From positions 3,410,001 through 3,474,000 of the forward strand of contig NC_090370.1 in the NCBI RefSeq assembly GCF_035084215.1: DNA of 64,000 nucleotides, read 5' to 3'. The position numbers were made by a program, and so were the translations under genes. The notes under the pieces are model-generated. The model had not been told where the DNA came from. It saw only the letters and a list, made by a program, of their open reading frames with translations, and did not search any database. The stretch comes from Heptranchias perlo (taxonomy: Eukaryota). Shown here piece after piece: positions 25,001 through 38,058 of the stretch (position 1 is its first letter; every line of letters begins with the position of its first letter).

Positions 25001-27616
25001 CCTTGCCCACTGAGCCTTTAGGGGTGCTTAAGTTAATGCTTGTTATCATACATCATATGGTGTGACTGTTAAGTTCAAAGATAACTGACTATAACAGACA
25101 CCTATAAATGAATTAGTGCCAGGAGTCTTATTTTGGGGTTCACTGTCATGGCCTTTGACAATCTATTCCCCCACCACCCATTTGGACTACTGCAGTGTAA
25201 TTCACCAAGTATCCATTGTTATAAAAGCACAGTATAATTTTGTGTTTTTTCATGTTATGCATTATTCTTTAAGTAAGGGGTCAGGCCCTCGCTCCCTGCA
25301 GGCCTTGCACTCGTCTCTCATACTTCTCCGTTTATAGCAACATTGGTACAGACCTGAAAGCTACCACTTCAGTCATGAAGTGGTGTGGGGATGTCTTATG
25401 AAATCAGAAGAAAAGCTTTTCTTAAAGGAGAAATTACTGTAAAATCCCAGTTTTTAAAAAAAAATCCATATTCCTAATAGTCTCCACAGGCTGTCCCTGG
25501 CTGAAATAATGAGCAAGTGGCCTGTTTCCATGCTCCTGCCAGTGGCACTGTGCAAACGGCTACTCGAAGGTTCATGTGGAATTGGAACAAACACCTGACA
25601 GTATTGGGGGATTGTGGGTTTGAGCAGAGCTTCCAGCACTTTGCCTGCAAAATCCACTGTTTAAAATGGATTTCAAGTGCGCTCTCTCTCTTCCCCCACC
25701 CCTTAATGGCTGAGAATAGCTGAATCATACAGACCAGGAAGCTCTCTGGTTCCATCCCCGGTTGGTGGTGTTAGCTGAGGCAGCAGAAAGAGTACCACAA
25801 TAAGGCCTCAGCACTTCTTTGGGGAGGGGTAGATTGGTCAGGATTCTTGCTAGAAAGTGTGAATGTTGGGGGTAGACAAGATAGGACTGTTGTGATGCCT
25901 CCCAATGTGGAATAGCATGCTGGCTGTTTAGGCTAACATGCTAGCTATTTGTGAGAGGGAGGGATTGTACTCTAGTCAATACCTTGGGGGATGGGAAAAA
26001 ATTGGGAAGAATAATTAAATGGGGATAAAGTAGATTTTTGGAAAATAACAAACTGAATGCAAAACAGAAATCATTTGCAAGGGAATGTAGTGCACATGGG
26101 TGAATGAATTCCTTTTCATTTCTCTGCACTCAGATTATAAGAAAACAAGTCTCCTGGGGCCCATCAAGATTTTTGAGCAATTTTTAGACAAGATGGAGCA
26201 GTCACGAAAGGGCCTGCTGCTGAAACAGAGTGGTGAGTATCATCGGGATAGTACAGCATGAACTTATCAAAATACAGGGCTCTGGGGAAAGCCAATGCAG
26301 GCCTAGTAAGTCAGGCCAGCACTGATTTGTCTACAACCATGCAGGAAACATGGAGCCTAAATATCTTTACTTTCAGCATCTTGTGCTTTCAGTGACTCTT
26401 CAAATCCTTTTTAGTAATGTAAGTCATAGAATGATACAGCACAGAAGGAGGCCATTCGGCCCATCGTGCCTGTGCCAGGCTCTTTGAAAGAGCTATCCAA
26501 TTTTTTTCCTGGAAAGGGCCAGTACTTTCACTGCGAATCTCCTGCTTAGTGTGTTTTTTTAAAAAATTGGAATGTTTACATTTTAGAATTAAACCATAAG
26601 GGATGACTTTGCTTTGAGTTAAGTCTAGAAGCTTTTCTCAAGTGTGAAGACTTGGTTTGACTTGCAGGAGCTCCGTTTTTTAAATTTTGAATTCTTGGTC
26701 TTGTGCCGTGGCTCAGAAGAATGTTGCTAGTGAAGTGAAGTAATGGGCTGGAGATTTATGCCTGTTCCTCCTGAATTACGAAAAGAAAGAAATGAAATGC
26801 TCGCATTTATATCATGTAAGATCAACATCTCAAAGTGCTCCACACAGTGAATTGCTTTTGGAGTGAAAAGACTATTACGTAGGCAAATGCAGCAGTCATT
26901 CTGTACCCGCAGTGCCTGACAAACAATAACAGAGATGAATGACTGGTTAATCTGTTTAGATGGTGTTGGTTGAGGGAGCAATGTTGGCCAAGACACTGGG
27001 GAAAACCCTCTGCTCTTCAAGTTGGCTTTAAATGTCTGGTGGCAATATTTGAGCAGGCAGAGGGTGAGGAGGGGGTATCCTTTAACATCTCGTCCAAAGA
27101 ATGGGACCCCAACAAATGCAACACTTGTCAGGATACTGCACGTGACTGGGGAAAGTGGTTTGCTGTGGCCTGACAACCCAAGACACATCCCACAAGTTTC
27201 TACAGTTACCACGTGTTGCATGATCTACTGCTCGAGTACTGAACTTTACTTAAAAAGTCCTGGAGGCAGTGAAAATGCTGATGTCTGTGCCTTAAAGTAG
27301 CCATGATAGTGGAGGCAGGGGCAGTTCAAGAAGAGAGCAAATTGGAAGAATGAGACGTTCAGGATACTCCTGGGTATCTCCTTGTGGCTGGTTCATGATG
27401 TTAAGAGTAGTCTGTGAGCAAGTTGCTAACCTCCCATTTGAGTGAGGAATAGTGCATGATATGGGGGCAGCATAGGGAATTTTAAAAAGTACAGCTGTGA
27501 AATTAGAAAAAAAATTGTTTCAGCGAAATTCTGTACCTGGTATTTATATTTAAAGGGCCTATTTGATCCATTATATATTTATATATTTTTTTCCAGATAT
27601 AGAAAGAGATTTTTGA
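9959..27616 (+). CDS. PRIM1: DNA primase small subunit (p49), 13 coding exons, 1257 nt, 418 aa
   Basis: Spliced exons keep frame and contain [71 protein letters not shown]. Confidence 0.98.
10534..11070. mobile_element. Non-autonomous Penelope-like repeat with inverted ends and hammerhead-like boxes
   Basis: CTGATGAagggtccacgcctGAAAc at 10537-10561, degenerate inverse copy at ~10630-10657; ctggaaagactcagcaggtcagg versus cctggcctgagtgtttccag; related copy at ~39283-39425. Confidence 0.55.
12598..12755 (+). CDS. PRIM1: PRIM1 exon 2
   Basis: [32 protein letters not shown]; cag/gtaact. Confidence 0.96.
13821..13927 (+). CDS. PRIM1: PRIM1 exon 3 (catalytic DxD)
   Basis: [35 protein letters not shown]; tag/gtatgt. 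Confidence 0.96.
14693..14766 (+). CDS. PRIM1: PRIM1 exon 4
   Basis: [24 protein letters not shown]; cag/gtaaaa. Confidence 0.95.
15377..15513 (+). CDS. PRIM1: PRIM1 exon 5
   Basis: [30 protein letters not shown]; cag/gtatgt. Confidence 0.96.
15620..15678 (+). CDS. PRIM1: PRIM1 exon 6
   Basis: [19 protein letters not shown]; cag/gtgagt. Confidence 0.93.
15791..16105 (+). mobile_element. Deu-domain tRNA-derived SINE (SacSINE1-like), internally deleted
   Basis: tRNA-like head tggctcattggtagcactctcgcctctgag..gggtttaagcccc; tail caaattggctgctgcatttcc..gctacataaatgcaagtct; related copies at ~26790-27200 (-) and ~62490-63125 (+). Confidence 0.7.
16831..16940 (+). CDS. PRIM1: PRIM1 exon 7
   Basis: [36 protein letters not shown], followed by ATATCCTTT. 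Confidence 0.93.
17370..17766 (-). mobile_element. HER1-like LINE 3' end
   Basis: Minus [60 protein letters not shown]; homologous to 31650-32265. Confidence 0.85.
17768..18770 (+). mobile_element. CR1 LINE 3' 1 kb (RT C-terminal part and tail)
   Basis: [43 protein letters not shown], (ttctatg)n tail. Confidence 0.92.
18771..19105 (-). mobile_element. L2 LINE 3' fragment (its extreme tail lies at ~17340-17368)
   Basis: Homologous to 8878-9220; minus [27 protein letters not shown]. Confidence 0.8.
19686..19998 (+). mobile_element. HE1-like tRNA-derived SINE
   Basis: A box tagtgtagtgg, B box gagttcaaatcc, HER1-type tail ggatgggcgataaatgctggcc; partial copy at ~11930-12130. Confidence 0.75.
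20365..20441 (+). CDS. PRIM1: PRIM1 exon 8
   Basis: [25 protein letters not shown]; AC acceptor, donor gtaagt. Confidence 0.88.
21757..21889 (+). CDS. PRIM1: PRIM1 exon 9
   Basis: [44 protein letters not shown]; cag/gtaatg. Confidence 0.95.
22832..22901 (+). CDS. PRIM1: PRIM1 exon 10
   Basis: [23 protein letters not shown]; cag/gtagga. Confidence 0.95.
24482..24579 (+). CDS. PRIM1: PRIM1 exon 11
   Basis: [32 protein letters not shown]; cag/gtagag. Confidence 0.92.
26134..26232 (+). CDS. PRIM1: PRIM1 exon 12
   Basis: [33 protein letters not shown]; cag/gtgagt. Confidence 0.94.
27597..27616 (+). CDS. PRIM1: PRIM1 exon 13 (coding part)
   Basis: ttttttccag|AT ATA GAA AGA GAT TTT TGA = DIERDF*, like the mammalian DLQKDF* terminus. 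Confidence 0.9.
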
Positions 27617-28339
27617 TGTCAGCAATGAATGGGTTCCTTTTTCAAACACATTTTAGCGAGTTATCAGCTTGAGTCATCAGATCATAAGACCTGCAACCAG
27701 TGACTACCTTCAGCCTTGCCTTCTGGACTTGCTCCTGTATCTACGATGAACATTTAAAAGTTCTTCACTATTAAACAAAATGCAATTCCTTAGCTCTGGA
27801 TTGCCTTCAGCTAAGAAAGCCAATGGAACACTTGTTTCAAACCTGCTAATTATAGGTCTTTGTATAATAATTTTGTATCTATTAGCATCTATTGATGTAT
27901 CCAAATTTTGTGTGATTTGTCTGAAGGGCCCCTCTTATTTTTCTGATGGGTTCCTGTTAGTCATATGGTTAACCAGGATCAATCTGATTGGGAGTCACAT
28001 TCCACAACACAAACAAGGCAAGCTGAAAAGTTTAAGTGGAAGTAGCTTACCATTTAAAAGTTGGACCAAAATGTAACCAAGCAAGTTGGAGTAACAAAAA
28101 CTTTTAAAAACTCAGTTTCCAACTGAAATTATAACTAAATTGGAGGCCTGAAATTTGTAATTAAGTTGGAGGTCAAACCCTGGGCCCCTGGAAACCAGTG
28201 ACTCAATTTATGAGTAGGTCCAGGGAGAGGCCTGGAAAAAAAAACTTTGTCCATGAGCAATACCATGGGAGACTAACCGTTTATTTATTGATTCTTAGTT
28301 TTTCTCCCTTGATGTGACCCTAGCACTGGATTTTGTTTT

Positions 28340-28750
28340 AGCTGCCTTTTCTCCATATCCCTTGATACCCTTACCTAACAAAATCTATTAATCTCAGTCT
28401 TGAAAATTTAAATTGCCCCCCAGCATCCACGGCATTTGGAGGAGAGAGTTCCAGATTTCCACTACTCTTTGTGTGAAAATGTGCTTCCTGATTTCACTCC
28501 TAAATGGCCTTACTCTAATTTTATTATGCACACTTGTTCTGGACTCCCATCAGAGGAAATCGTTTCTCTGTATCTACCCTATGGACTCCCTTAATCATTT
28601 TAAATGCCTTGATTAGATCACCCCTCAACCTTTCAAATTCAAGGGAACACAAACCAAGTTTATGCAACTTGTCCTTGTAATTTAACCCTTTAAGCCCTGG
28701 TATCATTCTGGTGAATCTGTGATGTATCCCCTTCCAAGGCCAATATATCC
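28340..28750 (-). mobile_element. CR1 LINE 3' fragment
   Basis: MIPGLKGLNYKDKLHKLGLCSLEFERLRGDLIKAFKMIKG. Confidence 0.85.
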
Positions 28751-30639
28751 TTTCTGCTTGGCTGTTGTAACTTTAGCAGAAGAGCTGCGGAAAACCGGCA
28801 GTGTTTTTCCGGGGGTTTCCTCAGTTCTTCCACTGAGGTATGATGGATGAGCTGGATAAATCATGCACAGGGTGGCAGAAAGTTATCTCCTCCATGTTTT
28901 CAAGTTCACCTGTGAAGAATAGCCACGTGAAGGACTGAAAAGCTACTGGCACCTGTGGACCCATACCCTAGTAACCATCAGCATCTTTGAGAGATGGGGT
29001 GAAAATTGTTTCTTTCTCTTCCAGTCAGCGGCTCAACAGGAGAAATGTACAGAAAGATTTTTTGTGACTGAAAATGTATTTTGTAAACTGCAAGCACATT
29101 CAGTACTTGAACAAAGCAGGCAGTCCTACAACAGATACCCGCTATGTCTAATAAACAGCTAGTGTCAGGCAGCCTCCATTTCTGTGCAGCACAAGGGCAT
29201 GTTTTAATTCTGTGTAAGCACTTGTTATGCCTGCATATACTATTTTAGCTGCAATCTTTGGAGGCTCATTAAACTGAAGGATGACAAATACTGGGTAAAG
29301 GAATCAATTCTAAATTTCGTTTCAAGGTAGGTATGGTCTTCCTGGATTTATATTCAATCACAGGACAAGGGAGTTACCGAACTATTATGTTGGTGCAGAA
29401 AAAAAAATGTTCATCATTCAGAATGAAATAATTCATGCACGCCTGTGCCAATCAGCTGATTAAACAATCAAATACCACCCAATACACAGGTCTATAAAGT
29501 GACCGCATCCAAGATATATGGAATGATTCTGTATTTCTCACAACACTTAGAAACCTAGTTTCTGTGACTGTTCAAAATTGAATGAAGAACTGCTTTACGC
29601 TGAGAAACCTATAAAAACTCTAGTCTGAGATTAATTGTTTGCTGTGGCAGTTGCCTTCCCAAGTGTGCAATAAATCTTGAGTGAAAATGATTTCTGCTTC
29701 CAAATATAGTCAATGGCCCTCGCTGTGATGTAGCACAGGCCTTGTTCAGGCATCACATGAAATATTGCCTCCTTTAATATGTTTTTTGTATGACTCCTCA
29801 ACAGCTTTATGGAGAAAGTCTGAGAGAAAACAATTTGTTTTATAATCCAGAGTAGAGTCTTGATTTGAACTCTGCCAGCTCCCACCCCAAGACTCAGACT
29901 TGCAGTATCAGTATAATGTAGAAATTTCCCAGTGGTTCAGTGAAGTTATCCAAGGCCCATTGTGTAAGACACCATCAAAATTGAAAGAGTAGGAAAGCAA
30001 AGGGAATAGTGATTAACATCTAGCTTAGGTTTTAAACGGATTGTAAAAAGGGAGGTAAAGGATTCCACAACAACGAGATGATGGGAAAGAATGAGTCGGG
30101 GATGCTGCGGTGGACCTTGGATTTCAGTACAGTGAAATTGCAAGAAGGAAGGAAAATGTATATGACTGTATTTGGAGCTGAAGAGTAGCAAAAGAGCAAA
30201 ATTCAGAGGCACATAGACAATCACAGGATCATTAAAATAGAGAAGATTGGCGGTAGCATCCAAACTATATCATCGCACGCTGCAACCATATCACTAAGAA
30301 TGCACAGAACCTGATGTGACTATGCTTGTAGTCAGTAATGACATTATTGTGCTGCAATTCTTTACTGTTTATTTTGTTACTTCAAAGCAATGGATGATGT
30401 GGAAGCTTCAAATCACTTCACTTCTCATGGAAATGATTGAGACGTTTGATCAATTTATGAACGTGGAATCACCAGCTGCAGAGGCCACCGGTCACCTAAA
30501 GCCAATTGTAAAATATAGCAAATGAAGAGTTCAACAAAGGGAAGGTCAGACTTTGGACTGTGCAGCACTGCTTGGTTGCATCAGACAGCATTGCTTTGCA
30601 AGGGATAAGTTAGTCATTTTTTTAATATACTTTTTTTAA

Positions 30640-31115
30640 AGAATCTTACAGCACATGAGGCCTTTCAGCCCATCATGCCTGTGCCACCTTTTTGAAAGCT
30701 ATCCAATTAGTCCCATTCCCTTTTTTTCCCCATTGCCCTGTAAATTTTTCCTTTTCAAGTATATACCCAATTCCCTTTTGAAAGATATTATTGAATCTGC
30801 TTCCACCACCCTTTCAGTGCTTTCCAGATCATCATAACTTGCTGGGTTTAAAAAGAAATCTCATCTCCCCTCTGGTTCTTTTGCCAATTATCTTAAATCT
30901 GTGCTTACTGACCCTCCTGTCAGAGTAAATAATGACAAACTGTTTGCACTATCAAAACCCTTCATAATTTTGAACACCTCTACTAAATCTCCCCTTAACC
31001 TTCTCTGCTCCAAGGAGAACAATCCCAGCTTCTCTAGTCTCCCCACATAACTGAGGTCCCTCATCACTGGTATCATTCTGGTCGATCTCTGTGCCCTCTC
31101 CAAGGCCTTGAGATC
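30640..31115 (-). mobile_element. CR1 LINE 3' fragment
   Basis: RLEKLGLFSLEQRRLRGDLVEVFKIMKGFD. Confidence 0.85.
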
Positions 31116-31649
31116 CCAAGAACAAATCACAAGAAAGTTGAAATTTTATACTTTAATTTCAATTGTGTTTTGGTTTGGTGTTTCTCTTACCATAAGATAA
31201 AATAGCTGGTTTGTAAATCCTTGTACCACAGTCCATATAATCCATCGCTAGAAAGATTAAGGGAGGTAAGACTTGCACAGTTTTTAGGTATTGGGAAAAT
31301 TAATTAGAATAGCAGATTAGTGAGTCTTTAGGGCCTATTTTAATGTGCACCATCAGCCTTGTCCACTGGCTGTGCATATCCCGAAATCCTGTGCGTACTT
31401 GCCTATAATGCATGTTATGTTTTTGGGTCTTTTCTAACCTTCTGCTGGATTATTTTGGCTCTTGTATCTTAGATCATTCTCATGGGTAAGTGTCAACTCG
31501 CCATATTCTAAAGAGTGTTGATTATTGACTTCAGATCTAGCTAGGTAAGGTTTTGGTAACGTGCCTAGAAAATGAACAGCAAACCCTGTCTTGTAACTAT
31601 ACAGTCATAAGCTATCATTCCAGTCTTCAAAAACGGTAGAGCATCACAT

Positions 31650-32265
31650 TGGAAACTAAACTGGACCAGCCCCATAAATAATGTGGCTACAAGAGCAGGT
31701 CAGAGGATGGTCATTCTCCGGCAAGTGACTCACCTTCTGACTCCCCAAAGCCTTGCCACCATCTACAACGCATAAGTCAGGAGTGTGATAGAATACTCTC
31801 CACTTGCCTGGATGAGTGCAGCTCCAACAACACTCAAGAAGCTCAACAATATCCAGGACAAAGCAGCCCGCTTGATTGGTATCCCATCCACCACCCTAAA
31901 CATTCACTCCCTTCATCACCGGCACACCATGGCTGCAGTGTGTACCAGCTCCAAGATGTACTGCAACACCTCCCAAACCTGCGACCTCTACCACCGCAAA
32001 GGATAAGGGCAGAAGCCGTATGGGAACACCACCACCTGCACATTCCCCTCCGAGTCACACACCATCCAGACTTGGAAATATATCGGCCGTTCCTTCATCG
32101 TCGCTGGGTCAAAATCCTGGAACTCCCTCCCTAACAGCACTGTGGGAGAACCTTCACCACACAGACTGCAGTGGTTCAAGAAGGCGGCTCACCACCACCT
32201 TCTCAAGGGCAATAAATACTGGCCTTGCCAGCGATGCCCACATCCCATGAACGAATTTTAAAAAT
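31650..32265 (+). mobile_element. HER1-like LINE 3' fragment
   Basis: EYSPLAWMSAAPTTLKKLNNIQDKAARLIG..SLHHR and matching tail. Confidence 0.85.
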
Positions 32266-34159
32266 CCTCATTTTAAGATTAAAGCATCAAAAGAATTTAA
32301 TGTACAAAAGATGAACAAGCGCATAATATAAAACTATTATCTGACTTTCTTAAAAGTGGTCAACCGCTCACCTATCTCCTCATAGACAAAATAATTTTTA
32401 AAAATTGCAAGTCTAAGAATAAACCTAACTTTTTTGTGAATAACTCTTAAATACACACAATGTTTCTTTTTCCTTTCAGGAATATCATACTGACTGGTTG
32501 CTTCTCAGATTTCAAACTGCTCCACTCATGGGATTTCTAAATGGCCCCTCAATTCAAGCAGAATCAGTCGTTCATATCTTGGAAAAGAGTTTCCTCGATT
32601 TTGAATTCTGAGGAGTATCTGATCCTCCTCAAATTCAGAAAGGAACTGTAAGATGAGCCAATTGCATAACACTGTTTAAGTTTGAATTATCCCTCTCTAG
32701 CCTGTGACCAATGAAACTTCCGACATTGTATCAAGAGAGGTTTGGTTTCAGGCTCAGCTAGCTACTAAATTCCTTGTGGATTATGACTCGGTTAAAGGGG
32801 CAGCCGCCAAACCAAAACCTAGATGAAAATACCTAATTTTTGTCACAGTCCAGTGGTGGCCAAGGCTTGTAAAATCAGTCCCCTTATTTCAACACAATGA
32901 GGATGTAGGGAGGAGGAAAAGGATATAGGCAGTTGCATTTGGAGCTTAGAAGGAACAAGAGAGAAAAGATCAAAGAGCACTGACTATAGTCATGGATAAA
33001 ATGGAGAGATACAAGAAAGGTTGCAATGAAGAGAGAGGTTGGAGCGTAGAGGTGAGAAAGGGATCGCCTATCCGACACAAAACCTTTTCTTATATCCTGT
33101 CCAGGAGTGTGATAGAGGTATTAAACTAGCATCTCCGAATATAAGAGCAGCATTCAAATCTTCGATGCACTTGGGCTTTAAAAACAGTTGCTGAGGGGAA
33201 AAGAAATGTGTAGCTGGAAAAGACGTGTTCACCATTAGGAGGGGAAACCAAGCTTCTTAGAAGCAGCTTTAGCAATGAATCATGTGCTAGATAACCAAAA
33301 TATAAATATATACCCTTATTCACCATCAGGGTGCACACATGAAGAATGGCCATTTGGGTGAGATATGGATATGGTTCCATGGGCAGTTGGTGCCCATGGA
33401 ACCATATCCACCATAGTGCCTTCAGGAGAAGTGAAGAGGCATTTGGAGGGACAAGAATTAAGGAACAAAATTTACTTAGCGATCTTCCAGTGAAGTGTAG
33501 GTTTACATTAAGGTCTACAGTTCCATTCTTCTTTGTATACATAAATCAGCCCTCCTTTGTCAGATTTCAGCAAAACAGCGTGCATAGCAACCATAATATT
33601 TGGACAGGAAACATACATTTTTAGGTAAATATTAGAACAGGTGCAGTGACTCTTGTTTCCCTCAATGAGGCAAGATTTTGCTTTTTCTAGCATGCCCAGG
33701 TTGGATCAATGCTATTATACATAAGGCTCAGATTGGTGCTGATCCCCCCCCCCCCACATTAACAGCAAGCTATGTTACCAATAGCAATGCCAGCAGCTAA
33801 CATATCCCAAATTTTAAACTATTCAATCTTCTAGTCCACCGCCTGTCAGATAATTCTGTCAGGAAGTTCTGTCTTGGAATGCAAACATTCCTGACTACAA
33901 TAGCCCTTTAATACATTTGATTCCTAATGATGACAATCCAGATTTCCACACATTGTGTTTGCCCATCTATAGTGCTGACATTATGGGAATTTACAATGTC
34001 ACTGCTTGTTCTTGCTGCAAATCGATGGAGAATGACAAATCCATTTGTACAATAGCGGCTATGTAGGCCTTTTGCAAATACAACTGTGTGTAATTTAACC
34101 ATAAACATATTAAAATATATTTCTCAGTCCAGCAATTGAGTATATTACTGTCTCATTAG

Positions 34160-34350
34160 ATATCCTTGTGTGATCAGTGAGTTAGTAGACTGCACTTTCC
34201 CTCTGGCCCCTGGGTTCAAAACCAGTCCAGACTAATGGGATGAAAATCTTCTCTCTCCATCTGCTGGCTGTAAACAGCTTATCTGAAATAAACGTGGGTA
34301 GTTACCAGTGTGTGTGTGGCCACAGCACAAAACTGGCACTAATTGGCTCG
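34160..34350 (+). mobile_element. Ancient SINE resembling the LF-SINE 5' half
   Basis: cctgggttcaaaaccagtccag..catctgctggctgt..tgaaat..ggcactaattggc recalls the LF-SINE consensus; similar at ~22320-22640 (-) and ~47285-47560 (+). Confidence 0.4.
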
Positions 34351-34554
34351 GCTCTCATATCCTCCACAGCTGAATAGCCTGCTGATTCTCACTGTCTCGG
34401 CTCACGTATAAAGAATGGCTACTTGGACAATGTACTGGAGAGCAGCCAGTGCTCATGGGAGTGTACCCCAGCAGGAGTCAACACCTTCAGGAGAGATGGG
34501 GAGAAAGTGGAGAGAAATAAAACACGAATGCTTAGAATGTGCTCTATAGTACAT

Positions 34555-35300
34555 GGTACATGCTAAATGGTACATTTTTAAAGGGGGCTTCAGGAACAGA
34601 GAGACCTAGGAGTTCACATACACAAATCTTTGAAGGTGCTAGGACAAGTTGAGAAAGCTGTTAAAAAAAGCATACGGGATCCTTGGCTTTATAAATAGAG
34701 GCATAGAGTACAAAAGCAAGGAAGTTATGCTAAACCTTTACAAATCACTGGTTAGGACTCAGCTGGATTATTGTGTCCAATTCTGCGCACTGCACCTTAG
34801 GAAGAATGTCGAAACCTTGCAGAGGGTACAGAAGAGATTTACTGGAATGTTACCAGGGATGAGGGACTTCAGTTATGTGGAGAGACTGGAGAAGCTGGGG
34901 TTGTTCTTAGAGCAGAGAAGCTTAAGGGGAGATTTAGTAGAGGTGTTCAAAATTATGAACAGTTTTGAAAGAGTAAATAAGGAGAAACTATTTCCACTGG
35001 CAGGAGGGTCAGTAACCAGAGGACACAGGTTTAAGATAATTGGCAAAAGAGCCAGAGGGGAGATGAGGAGAATTTTTTTTACGCAGTGAATTGTAATAGT
35101 CTAGAATGCACTGCCTGAAAGGGTGGTGGAAGCAGATTCAACAGTAAGTTTCAAAAGGGAATTGGATAAACTGTATACTTGAAAAGGAAAAATTTGCAGG
35201 GCCATGAGGAAAGAATGGGGGGAGTGGGACTAATTGGATAGCTCTTTCAAAGAGCCGGCACAGGCACGATGGGCCGAATGGTCTCCTTCTGTGCTGTAAG
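34555..35300 (+). mobile_element. CR1 LINE 3' fragment
   Basis: ORF 34649-35089 KKAYGILGFINRGIEYKSKEVMLNLYKSLVR..RGDLVEVFKIM. Confidence 0.9.
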
Positions 35301-37879
35301 TTTTTTTGTTTACTCCTGCAATCTGCCATTAGATGAATATTTCAGATAAATTATACAATTAAGTGAAAGCTTGTAAATTCAATACTATTTTTGAGCTACA
35401 GTCAATAATTTTTACTATTTTTTTTGCCAATATTCTGCCCTTCCTCTCCTAAGGTGCTGACTCTCACTGGGCTCTGGTTCCAACGGCACTGATTACCCTT
35501 TGATACCTTGTGCAAGTGGCCATTCTTCATCTCTGAGCCTAGACAGTGAATGTCACCAGACAATTTGATTGTGGGGGACATCTCAGTTGTCCCTAATCTT
35601 ATCCTCACAATGTCCACATGTACACTTTCCAATCGGGGTCGCTGGGTTGTGATCAGGAGTGGGAGCTCTGACTGGTCATTCCCTCCCTAGCCTAGGGCCA
35701 CTGAGGCTAATTGTAACATTCCTAGTGCTGCCTCAACTGAGTTGACTGGAACCTTCCTGGTTTGTATAGCTATTTGTTAACTTACCCAGTGAAGACATCA
35801 AGGGAGCAGTTAGATAGGACCTTTCTAACTTCATCATCCAAAAACATAAAATAATTAACGATGGTTTCTCCTGATCTAAAAATGTATTTCTGTCAAGAGC
35901 TGCTGTAAGAGTGATGGTCTGAAATTTTAAAATACTTAATAAGAAGGGAAGTTCAGCATTTAAATCAAATGGACTCTGGGCTTGTGGCCTGAAGAACTTA
36001 ATACTAAATCAATTATTTACAAAAGCCCCCATGAGACATTAACTGGAGGCCATCTTGTTTAGGCTCATTGGCTTGAGTTCAAGATGAATTCAACCATTTG
36101 TTCCTGTACTCAATACTGATCCCAGGCTTCACTCAACCAGCAAAAGAAGTGCTGGTTTTATATAAGAAAACTTTTCATTGACTTGTCTGATCACTCAGTG
36201 TGCAATATGGTACTGAGCCATGCAGATGAGGAAGATCCAAGGTTCGATCTCCAATATTTTCCAGGGCAGCAGTTAGTGTCCTGGATCAACCAGGCTGTCA
36301 GGATTTTCTTCCCTTATAGGACTCTCACTACCAATCATTCTCCTCCTCCATCCAATAGATGTAATGATCTGAGGTGGGAACTTTTCCATGCCTGTGCTTG
36401 AAGAGTTCTGTGATTCTCCAGCAGAAGCTCCAATTCCAGTTGGTCTGATGTAATGCTGTGAGCCCCCACACTCCAGTAGGAATCCTTACTTTTATGTAGC
36501 ATATCATCCAGACACCCAGCTGGGAAGAAAAATACATTCAGCTGATGCACCTTCAAGTGGTGAAACCACCAGATGGGGAAGGAGTGCCTTCCCCCCCTCT
36601 GGTCTAGTTTCTTCTCTTGCAATCCAAAAATTCCTGACAATAGCCTTTTAATATCTTTGATTCCTGTTATTATCACATGTTTCCCATCCATTGTCTGACA
36701 TTGTAGGAATTGACATAGATCTGTCACTCTGTTTCATGTTGCATTTTGGTGGAGAATGAGAATGACAAATATATCTGTACAATAGTGGCCGTGTAGGCTG
36801 AGCGAACAGACATTCTGGAGGGAAATGCGAAGAAAGGCAGTGATTGTTGATTCACTGGCAGAGAAAGCATTGAAATTATGTTTATTCTCATGTGTACAAC
36901 CATTTATCATAATCAATGATTTACTGTATTTCTAATTCTATCTTCTTTACTTTTTTTGGTCATCCAGTCCAGAATGAGGGTGGCACCATTTCCCAGTATT
37001 CCACCACACTGCCTTGCAACTCGCTTCTAAGATGTGCTCAAAAGCAAACTACGCGACTGTGAAGAAATTACAGAATTTTTTAGCACGGACATGAGTCACT
37101 GATCCATCATTCTATGTCTCTTACAAACACCTGGTAAATGATATATGGTGAGAATGCAGCCACCATTCTACAGAAATAGAGACATTATTTGTAGGTTGGA
37201 CTTGGATCACTGATTACTTTGATTCCACCACTGGTGTTGGAAGTTCAGAACCAAGTCAATCCTCGATGGCAGACTCAAAAAGTCTGATACCTGAGCCTGC
37301 CAGGTCTGTAGTCCCTGGGCACTGTTGATGATTGATTAGTTAGCCTGGAGAGATAGATCTATCAATAGGAGCTGGGATTCTTCCCACTTGGCTCCAGATA
37401 ACCCTACATCAGTGCCCCATCACACCACCAAGGTGGTCCTGGCTGGATAAGCAGTGAGAAGTATACCAGTGCTCTGTGCTGGTAAGCTGCACAGCTTTTA
37501 ACTAGTTAAACTCCAGCAGTATTGGGGGTCCCTAAGCCCAGACTCTATCAGCCTGTCTCTACCTCAGCTCCTTAGACTTGCTTAAGTGGGGTATGACCCT
37601 TTGGGAAGAGAGTGTGCATTCTATAATCTTGCAAATAGAACATGTACCAGTGTAAATTTCTCAATAATTTGGTTTGAAAACTCTTGAACACGCTGATGGG
37701 CTTCAGCACATCAGATACTTGTCTGACCAAAAAAAAAATTGGGTTACTTTGACACAGTGCAGTTTTATTTTACATGCTGTAGTGCGGTGAACACTGGCAG
37801 ATATCAATAATGCAGATTGATATAATCTCCTGTAAAAAAAAACTTTGAGACTCTTATCAATGAGCTGGAAGATCCACAT

Positions 37880-38058
37880 TCAAGTGGATCAACCGGAAAT
37901 GGTCCTTCGCTGGAATTTTAACCAATCAGCAAGCGACAGGGGCAGGACATCAAGGGGTTATAGAATGACCCGGAAGCTAAAGCTCGACCTTTTTAATATC
38001 TCTGTGAAAGAAATCCTGCCTCTTTCTCCAGCCATCTTGGATTTGACTAACTGAGGCA
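37880..38058 (+). promoter_or_regulatory. NACA: NACA promoter and non-coding exon 1 (~38020-38058) with TCT/5'TOP start
   Basis: ETS/GABP-like ccggaa at ~37892 and ~37970; ctctttctcc followed by YY1-like gccatcttgg; donor CA|gtaagt at 38059; resembles the human NACA 5' end. Confidence 0.8.

Noticed and set aside
30400-32620. Isolated splice-like signals (minus acceptor near 30495, plus acceptor at 32480) hinting at an intergenic gene
   Set aside because: No consistent multi-exon frame and no recognisable protein
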